DNA of 64,000 nucleotides, taken from contig CAVZSV010000004.1 of assembly GCA_963778115.1 (NCBI GenBank), forward strand, positions 480,001-544,000, given 5' to 3'. Source of the DNA: an uncultured delta proteobacterium. Its GTDB lineage: Bacteria > Bdellovibrionota > FAC87 > UBA2466. This document shows positions 57,137 through 64,000 of this stretch, piece by piece. The stretch's first letter is position 1. Every line of letters starts with the position of its first letter. A model generated the notes under the pieces. That model had not been told where the DNA came from, searched no databases, and saw nothing but the letters and a program-made list of their open reading frames with translations. Position numbers and translations under genes: made by a program.

Positions 57137-58192
57137 GTGGATAGTCAAAAAATGAAGATTTGCTTCGTAGTTAGGTCTGTTTATAGCCAAATCGCAACGT
57201 ACACGACGACTCATTTGGCCTTCGAGGCCCACCGTCGCGGCCACCGCGTTTCCTATACTACCGTCAGTAGCCTTTCCTTTACCCACGATGAAAAAGTCCT
57301 AGCCACCGTCATTTCGCCGAGCGGTCCTTGCCATACCCGCACCGCTTTTCTGGAACAGCTCCGGGGAGATCAATCGGAACGAGAAGAGATTTGTCTAAGC
57401 GACTACGACGTTGTGGTCTTGCGTTACAACCCTAATGAATCAGACGGCGATCAAGATCGTAGAATTAATCCCTCTTTAGAATTTGGGAGGCTGTTAAAAC
57501 AGCAAGGGGTCTACGTCATCAATGATCCGTCAGGGCTCGCCAAAGCTTCTAGCAAAATGTATCTCTCCTCACTACCGGCTGAAATTCGGGCAAGAACGTT
57601 GGTGACGCGAAGTACGGTAAAGATTAAAGAGTTTTTGCGTGAATTGCGCAAGCCTGCCATCATCAAACCGCTTTCGGGATTCGGTGGCCAAGACGTGTTT
57701 TTTATCCGCAACCAAAAAGAGATCAACATCAATCAAATTATTTCTACCGTCAGCAAGAACGGCTACGTCATGGCCCAAGAATATCTCCCCGCCGTAAAAA
57801 AGGGCGACAAGCGGTTGCTACTCGTTAACGGCGCGCCTGTATTCATTGGCCGGCAAGCTGCTATGTACCGCCGCATGTCCCCTAAAGGGGATATTCGTAG
57901 TAATATGCATGTAGGAGGGACTCGTAAAAAGGTCGAGTTCACCGAGGTCGAGGCCCGGATTGCGGAAGCGATTCGGCCAAAGCTTATCGCCGATGGTCTT
58001 TACTTCGTGGGTGCCGATATCGTGGGAAACAAGCTTCTCGAAGTGAACGTCTTTTGCCCGGGCGGAATTAACAATATTAACGAACTCTATGACATCAACG
58101 TGGGCGAATACGTTATCGAAGATCTTGAACGAAGAGCACGCCTCTGGAAAACACACTATAGAGGAACGGACAACGTCATTCGCGCTGTCTAA
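57137..58192 (+). CDS. gshB: glutathione synthase
   Basis: VINDP, KPLSGFGG, AQEYLP, GDKR, RSNMHVGG, EVNVFCPGG. Confidence 0.85.
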   Translation: MDSQKMKICFVVRSVYSQIATYTTTHLAFEAHRRGHRVSYTTVSSLSFTHDEKVLATVISPSGPCHTRTAFLEQLRGDQSEREEICLSDYDVVVLRYNPNESDGDQDRRINPSLEFGRLLKQQGVYVINDPSGLAKASSKMYLSSLPAEIRARTLVTRSTVKIKEFLRELRKPAIIKPLSGFGGQDVFFIRNQKEININQIISTVSKNGYVMAQEYLPAVKKGDKRLLLVNGAPVFIGRQAAMYRRMSPKGDIRSNMHVGGTRKKVEFTEVEARIAEAIRPKLIADGLYFVGADIVGNKLLEVNVFCPGGINNINELYDINVGEYVIEDLERRARLWKTHYRGTDNVIRAV

Positions 58193-58198
58193 ATATCC

Positions 58199-59284
58199 AT
58201 GAAAAAAACAATCCTGATTTTCTGCGGAGGGAGATCCGAGGAACACGAGATCTCTCTTATTTCGGCAAAGTGCGTTTTAGACGCTTTGGATCGCACGCGG
58301 TTTACGCCAGTCATCGTCGGAATCTCTCGCGACGGAGTCTGGCATCTCAGCGATGAAAATAATTTTTATACGGGGGCAGTTAAGGCCGACGAGATTCGGT
58401 TAAATACCCAGTCGCCCACCCCCTCTCTTTGGCCCAGCCCATCGCGACAAGGAAGAGGCCGCCTGGATGTGAGTGGTAGAACTATCGAGTTTGATGTCGT
58501 CTTTCCCATTCTCCATGGACCGCATGGCGAAGATGGAACGATTCAAGGCATGTGTGAAGTGCTTGGAGTTCCGTACGTGGGATCTAATCCCGGCGGATCT
58601 TGGATCTGCATGGATAAAGCTCTCGCCAAAGAGATATGCACGGCTCAAGGTATTCGTGTCGCTGATTTCGAAGTCTTGGTCACTCGAAAAGAGTTAGATG
58701 CCAAAGCGAAAAAGATAGAGCGTCTGGGATTCCCTCTGTTTGTAAAGCCAGCGCGACTTGGTTCTTCAGTGGGAATCACTAAAGTGAAACAGGCTAAAGA
58801 TCTGCCAGCCGCCGTCGACAACGCTTTTCGTTTCGATACGAAGGTAGTTATCGAAAAGGGAATCGATGCGCGTGAAATTGAATGCGCGGTGTTAGGCCTA
58901 AACCAAGCTCCCCGAGTTGCCCTGCCCGGTGAAATCATCCCCTCCCCGCAAATCGAATGGTACACGTATGAAGCCAAATACCTTCTCGATAATGGAGCCC
59001 AAGTAGTCGTGCCGGCAAAGTTGGACGCTGCCACGACCGCCCGTCTTCAAGAATTTGCTAAACGCGCGTTTACCGCTCTCGAATGCGACGGAATGGCACG
59101 AGTTGATCTGTTTTTAGAAAAAAAGACGGGGGAGATTTACTTAAATGAAGCCAATACCATTCCCGGCTTTACTCCTATCAGCATGTACCCCAAGATGTGG
59201 CAGGCCTCAGGCGTGAGTTACTCGGATTTGATTTCGGAACTTATCGATCTAGCGTTTCGTCGGTTCCACAATATCGCGCATTAA
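58199..59284 (+). CDS. ddl: D-alanine--D-alanine ligase
   Basis: GGRSEEHEIS, FPILHGPHGEDG, GSSVG, NEANTIPGFT. Confidence 0.95.
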   Translation: MKKTILIFCGGRSEEHEISLISAKCVLDALDRTRFTPVIVGISRDGVWHLSDENNFYTGAVKADEIRLNTQSPTPSLWPSPSRQGRGRLDVSGRTIEFDVVFPILHGPHGEDGTIQGMCEVLGVPYVGSNPGGSWICMDKALAKEICTAQGIRVADFEVLVTRKELDAKAKKIERLGFPLFVKPARLGSSVGITKVKQAKDLPAAVDNAFRFDTKVVIEKGIDAREIECAVLGLNQAPRVALPGEIIPSPQIEWYTYEAKYLLDNGAQVVVPAKLDAATTARLQEFAKRAFTALECDGMARVDLFLEKKTGEIYLNEANTIPGFTPISMYPKMWQASGVSYSDLISELIDLAFRRFHNIAH

Positions 59285-59372
59285 TGCCCTAGACTCTGCT
59301 CTTTGCCTTCGACCAGATCCCTTGATGGATTGCGGGTGACACGGTCCTATTGGCCCTCTAGAATAATCAGCC

Positions 59373-60704
59373 ATGTCGCCGGAACTATCTTCCATAGATT
59401 TTTCAACACGTCGCAAGGTGTTTCTTAACCGCTGTAAGGGAGGAGTTGCGATCTTTGCTTCAGCACGTTCTACCGTTCGTAACAGTGATGTCCATTACCC
59501 GTTCCGCCAAGACAGCAATTTCTATTATTTGACCGGGTTTGACGAGCCCGAGAGCATTGTCCTTTTAGCACCCGAGGCCGAGCATCCCTTTCAGATTTTT
59601 GTGCGGCCCCGCGATAAACATACGGAACTGTGGGAGGGAAAGATCACAGGGCCCGAAGCGGCAAAATTTATCGTCGGCGCCAATCGCGCCCACCCCTCAA
59701 CTCCCGACGAAGTCTTCGATGAAGTTTTTTTTGAAGCCCTCAGACACGCCGAGTTTGTCTATTACCGTTTGGGAGTCGATCCCAAATTCGACAACCGAGT
59801 TTTAGCCCTCCTGTTTGAAGCCAAAAGACGCTTTGGGCGACGAAAGAACGCCCTTTGGACGATTCGAGATCCGGAAGAAATTCTTGGCGGAATGCGGCTT
59901 ATGAAAAGTAAAGCCGAGATTGAACGCTTGCAGCTGGCGGCTTCCATAACCGCTGAAGCGCATATCACCGCGATGAAAGTTTCTAAACCCAACATGCACG
60001 AGTATGAAGTGGAAGCTTTGCTCTATCACTCATTTCGGGTTCAAGGAGCAAAACGAGTTGGCTATCCCTCCATCGTGGCGTCTGGTTCTAATTCTTGTGT
60101 TCTTCATTACAACGCCAATAGCAGAAGGATGGCATCGGGAGACCTAGTTCTCGTCGATGCCGGAGCTGAATTTGATTACTATACGGCTGACATCACCCGA
60201 TGCTATCCGGTGAGTGGCAGATTTTCGCAAGAACAGCGAGAGGTCTATGTTGCGGTGTTGAACGCTCAAAAAGCGTGTCTCAAATTGGCGCGGCCCGGAA
60301 AGACACTTCCCGAAATCCACGCGGTGGCCTGTGAAGTGATAGTGGAAGAATTAAGACGGCTCAAAGTGATTAAAGGAACAAGTCACAGCCTTCTTAAGAA
60401 AAGAGCCTACGCCCCTTTCTTCCCTCACGGCACTTCGCATTGGCTCGGAATGGACGTTCACGATGTCGGTCCCTATTTTGTAAGCGGCTCCGAAAAATCG
60501 GTGAAGCTAGAACCGGGGATGGTGTTTACCATTGAACCCGGACTCTATTTTTCGCCCGACGGCAGTAATGCGCCGTTGCGCTATCGCGGTATTGGAGTTC
60601 GCATTGAAGACGATATCTTGGTAACTCCCGGAGGATGCAAGGTGCTTACCGCCGGGGCTCCCAAAGAACTAGAAGAGGTGGAAAGCTTATGCAGCCAAAA
60701 CTAA
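59373..60704 (+). CDS. pepP: Xaa-Pro aminopeptidase
   Basis: FRQDSNFYYLTG, DAG..YTADITR, HWLGMDVHD, TIEPGLY, GVRIEDD. Confidence 0.93.
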   Translation: MSPELSSIDFSTRRKVFLNRCKGGVAIFASARSTVRNSDVHYPFRQDSNFYYLTGFDEPESIVLLAPEAEHPFQIFVRPRDKHTELWEGKITGPEAAKFIVGANRAHPSTPDEVFDEVFFEALRHAEFVYYRLGVDPKFDNRVLALLFEAKRRFGRRKNALWTIRDPEEILGGMRLMKSKAEIERLQLAASITAEAHITAMKVSKPNMHEYEVEALLYHSFRVQGAKRVGYPSIVASGSNSCVLHYNANSRRMASGDLVLVDAGAEFDYYTADITRCYPVSGRFSQEQREVYVAVLNAQKACLKLARPGKTLPEIHAVACEVIVEELRRLKVIKGTSHSLLKKRAYAPFFPHGTSHWLGMDVHDVGPYFVSGSEKSVKLEPGMVFTIEPGLYFSPDGSNAPLRYRGIGVRIEDDILVTPGGCKVLTAGAPKELEEVESLCSQN

Positions 60705-61042
60705 CAACTATTCTATTCTTTTTAGGCGCTATTCTCCTTGAAATCGGATGTTCTCACAAAGCCGTTACTACAAGCTCCGATGCTCAAAGAGATCTCCAAG
60801 CGAAATACGCTAATAAAGTCGGTGTTGCCCGCAAAGAAGACTTTGTCCAAGAATTCGGACCGGCCAATTGGTGCCGCGATGAGAGTGGAGAACAGACTTG
60901 CCGTTTTTACAAAAAGATTGCCACCGAGTGGATGGGATCGCCGCCCACCGATCGGGTACATCGGGAAACGTTTGACGAAGTCATTGCCACTTTCGATGTG
61001 AACGGGACTTTGAAGACTTTCAAAGCGGCGGCCCAACGCTAG
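60689..61042 (+). CDS. hypothetical lipoprotein
   Basis: GAGG RBS; signal peptide ending IGC. Confidence 0.65.
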   Translation: MQPKLTTILFFLGAILLEIGCSHKAVTTSSDAQRDLQAKYANKVGVARKEDFVQEFGPANWCRDESGEQTCRFYKKIATEWMGSPPTDRVHRETFDEVIATFDVNGTLKTFKAAAQR

Positions 61043-62142
61043 AATACTAGCGACAAGCCAAAGTTAAGAACACTTCCCAGTAAGATGACGCCCCAACCGG
61101 GGATTTTGAATCTGATAGCGATGAGCCCCAAAGCGATAAACAGCCCAAGCAACACAGGCTGAACGATCGTGTATTTGCCCAGGGTTATGGTCGCCCCTAA
61201 GATACAGCCGATGACCGTCGGAATGGCTCCTTGTTGAAAAAATGCCAGAAAGGGATGCCCTTTGAGTCGGTAAAAAACAAAGGGCATCACAAAGAGGATC
61301 AAAATCGCCCCAGGGCTATACATGCCGACACAGCCGACAATCGCTCCTAACAGGCCCGCCGTTTTATAACCTACAAAAACGGAAGAGATAGTGACAGGCC
61401 CTGGAGTAATCTGTCCGAAGGCGATCCCATCCAAAAATTCTGGGGTAGACATCCAGTGGTAAATATCGACGACTTCGTGCTGAAGAACGGGAATGACGGC
61501 AAGTCCCGTCCCAAAAACCGTAAAGCCCGCTTTGAAGTGGATCCAAAAGATACTAAAGAGAAGACCCAAAGGAGCTATTGCAAGAGAGCGTAACCCGCCA
61601 TCCACCCGAAGCCTGAGTCGGGAAAACACCATCACCGCTCCCCCCGTTAAAATAATCACCGGCTCCCATCGCGGGATCCGAAGCATGAGAACGGCTGCGA
61701 TGAGAACAAAGATCCAGGGCTGGACGTTTTTGACGTACGGCTTAAACATGCGCCAGATGCTATCAAGAATAATGACCAGCGCTCCAGTCTCCATGCCTTG
61801 GATGATAGGAGTGAATCTGGGAAGTCCGGCCACACTCGAATAAGAGATGCTAAGAATTAAAATGAGGACAAAGGGAGGTAAAAGAAAAGCAAACCCCGCA
61901 ACTAGGGCACCGATCCGACCTCGCACGTGATAACCCATCCACATCGCCATCTGGGAAGCAATGGGTCCCGGCAATAGTTTCGCAAAGACATAGCGCTCGT
62001 TAAACTCTTCAAGGGAGAGCCACTTGCGCTTGTGGCTACACTCCTGCTCCATTAACGACACTAAAGCGATGGGGCCGCCAAAACCAATAGCGCCCAATCT
62101 AAGAAATAGAAGGAAAATTTCCGAAAATGATACTTCGCTCAC
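61039..62142 (-). CDS. chrA: long-chain chromate efflux transporter
   Basis: LGAIGFGGP, LPGP, QITPGP; two CHR halves. Confidence 0.9.
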   Translation of the reverse strand: MSEVSFSEIFLLFLRLGAIGFGGPIALVSLMEQECSHKRKWLSLEEFNERYVFAKLLPGPIASQMAMWMGYHVRGRIGALVAGFAFLLPPFVLILILSISYSSVAGLPRFTPIIQGMETGALVIILDSIWRMFKPYVKNVQPWIFVLIAAVLMLRIPRWEPVIILTGGAVMVFSRLRLRVDGGLRSLAIAPLGLLFSIFWIHFKAGFTVFGTGLAVIPVLQHEVVDIYHWMSTPEFLDGIAFGQITPGPVTISSVFVGYKTAGLLGAIVGCVGMYSPGAILILFVMPFVFYRLKGHPFLAFFQQGAIPTVIGCILGATITLGKYTIVQPVLLGLFIALGLIAIRFKIPGWGVILLGSVLNFGLSLVF

Positions 62143-62164
62143 TCCCCACCCCGAATTTACTACC

Positions 62165-62887
62165 TTACGACTTTTTGGGAGCCGCTTTCGGTTTTGCGTC
62201 CTCATCATTGTCGGCATTATTGAGCTCTTCCAGACGCTTTTGGAGTTTATCCAGAAGACCCGCGAACTTTCCGTCTTTTAAGAAGGCTGCTATTTGCTCG
62301 TTGATATTTTCGCTATAGCGAAGATCGTCGTAAGCGATGTCATAGATAACCCATTTATCGCCTTTCTTTTGTAAAAAATATTCGAGGGGGACGGAGTCAT
62401 CTTTGACAACAAATTTACACTTCACATCGGCAGTCTTGCCTTTAACGTCGATTTTAGTGAACTTGTAGCTAGTTCCTTCGGTCCAAAAAGAATCCATTCG
62501 CGAGTAAGCTGTTTTGGAGACAACCTTTCTAAGAAGCGTTTTAAATTTATCGCGATTAGCGACCGATTGCCTGTTCCAGTTGGAATTTCCTAAGCAGTCC
62601 TTAGCTATTCGATCCCAATCCACCCCGGCCTCGATAATATTTCTAGCCTTTTCATTCTCCCCATTTTTGCCCACCTTCTGGGACGCCTCGAATAGGGCTA
62701 CCAGTTGATTTTTCACTTTAAGAGCCTCTCCGGTAAAGGCCTTCTCGCCCTTCTTTGGGGAGGTCGATTCTGCCGCCTTACTTTCTGGAGCGGGAGTTAC
62801 TACCGCGTTGGGCTTAGCCGCATCATCTGCGAAGCTACCCGAAGTGATTAAAAGAAGGCCAATTACCCAAAGAGTTAGTGTTTTCAT
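62165..62887 (-). CDS. mlaC: MlaC/Ttg2D phospholipid-binding protein
   Basis: VDWDRIAK..LG..W; KWVIYDI; signal peptide. Confidence 0.8.
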   Translation of the reverse strand: MKTLTLWVIGLLLITSGSFADDAAKPNAVVTPAPESKAAESTSPKKGEKAFTGEALKVKNQLVALFEASQKVGKNGENEKARNIIEAGVDWDRIAKDCLGNSNWNRQSVANRDKFKTLLRKVVSKTAYSRMDSFWTEGTSYKFTKIDVKGKTADVKCKFVVKDDSVPLEYFLQKKGDKWVIYDIAYDDLRYSENINEQIAAFLKDGKFAGLLDKLQKRLEELNNADNDEDAKPKAAPKKS

Positions 62888-62938
62888 AGGGTCGTATTAT
62901 ATAGGGACGAAAAGCTGCCCGTCTACTCTTAGGGAAGT

Positions 62939-63916
62939 TTAACCCAGAATCGATACCACTTTGGCAAGCACATCGCCTGCTGAGAGATTCAAAAGGCAGG
63001 CTTGGTAGCCATAAGGCGCCCGGCAGTAGGGCTTTTCGCAGGGGCTGCACTTTAACGATTCCGCACGTACCGCGTAGATTCTGGGGCCAAGCGGAGTGAT
63101 ATAAGAAGGGTCCCCGGGACCAAAGATAACCAGTGTGGGGGCTTCGGCCAACGTGCCTGCGATATGAGCAACTCCCGAATCGTTCGCGATAACTAAGGCG
63201 GCCTGTCCCACTAAAGATCTTAGCTCGGTGAGTGAAGTCTTACCGACGGCATTTTCGATTTGACGCTGCCCCAAATCGCTTACGAGCTCGCCCCAAGCAC
63301 TTTCGTTGGCACTTCCCACAACGACAATCCGGTAATCGGGGTATCTTGCACTTAGCCGCGGTAAGAACTCTTGATGATACGGCCATTGTCTTAAAGAGAT
63401 GGAAGCGCCCGGAGCCACTACGATCAGTTTCTCTTTAGAAGTCCCCACAGATAAGGGCGGGAGGCGCATTTCAACCGGTTTACCGGTCGCTAGCTCCAAT
63501 AGATCTAAATACAGCCGGGACTTATGTTTACCGCTCCGATTGGACGCCCACCTTAAACTATCGGTTAGCAGCAGCGAACTCCCCGACTGATCGAACCCCA
63601 GTCGGTAGCGAACTCTCGCTAGGAAAAAAGGCAGCGCCGCTGAATAGGAGGCCGGCAAGGAGAAAGAGAGGTCAAAGCACTCAGCCTTAAGTCGACGAGC
63701 CAAAGCCCTAGAACCTTTCCATCCTCTTCCTTCGATCGTTGAAAAGGTTAAGACTTGATTGAAGCAGTCCGGGTAGCCCAACTCTTGAAGGGCTTCGGAT
63801 ATCACCAAACACACGTGATCATCGGGGTAGGCCGCGCGAAGACCTCGGTAAAAGGGCAGCGCCATTACATGATCACCCAACCAGCGCGGGCCACGCACCA
63901 CGATTCGTTTCGACAT
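62939..63916 (-). CDS. waaF: LPS heptosyltransferase II (GT9)
   Basis: PRWLGDHVM, APGA, GKTSL, NDSGVAHIA, FGP. Confidence 0.88.
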   Translation of the reverse strand: MSKRIVVRGPRWLGDHVMALPFYRGLRAAYPDDHVCLVISEALQELGYPDCFNQVLTFSTIEGRGWKGSRALARRLKAECFDLSFSLPASYSAALPFFLARVRYRLGFDQSGSSLLLTDSLRWASNRSGKHKSRLYLDLLELATGKPVEMRLPPLSVGTSKEKLIVVAPGASISLRQWPYHQEFLPRLSARYPDYRIVVVGSANESAWGELVSDLGQRQIENAVGKTSLTELRSLVGQAALVIANDSGVAHIAGTLAEAPTLVIFGPGDPSYITPLGPRIYAVRAESLKCSPCEKPYCRAPYGYQACLLNLSAGDVLAKVVSILG

Positions 63917-64000
63917 GAAAGCGATTATTTCTGGTTAACGGCCTTGCGGCAAGGGCGAGCACAGAATGGCGCCCTTAATTTCTGCGGGATCGGTATGAAA

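Noticed and set aside
63935..64000. 3' end of a minus-strand gene at the window edge
   Set aside because: Only about 21 codons are visible, too little to call.

Overview
A roughly 50% GC bacterial chromosome segment. The many signal-peptide-bearing hypothetical proteins and the sigma54- and sigma28-like promoters suggest a Bdellovibrionota/Oligoflexia-like organism (inference). Positions 1-40,600 are accessory-rich: secreted hydrolases, OppA, a TonB/ExbBD set beside a Csp-type copper protein, a signal-peptide-bearing SF2 helicase, a frameshifted HEAT-repeat gene and an Ig/DUF1554 adhesin flanked by REP-like repeats. The most striking element is a compact operon at 20,920-26,948 with no other flagellar genes in the window: outer-membrane protein, TPR protein, FliF(RBM3)-TM-FliG fusion, MotA, MotB and a Cache/CheA-P4 pseudokinase. 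One of the two classical rotor-stator charge pairs appears lost on both partners, so this is a candidate non-flagellar, non-switching rotary envelope motor. Positions 40,602-55,160 hold a 14.5-kb integrative, phage-satellite-like island in tRNA-Pro(CGG), bounded by a 42-bp att repeat. It carries an integrase, an AlpA-like HTH, a primase-helicase, a TerS-like gene and nuclease-rich candidate defence cargo. Positions 55,183-64,000 are mostly housekeeping (DUF374, pseudo-kinase-PilZ, gshB, ddl, pepP, chrA, mlaC, waaF). All family calls are by-eye motif recognition; no searches were run.
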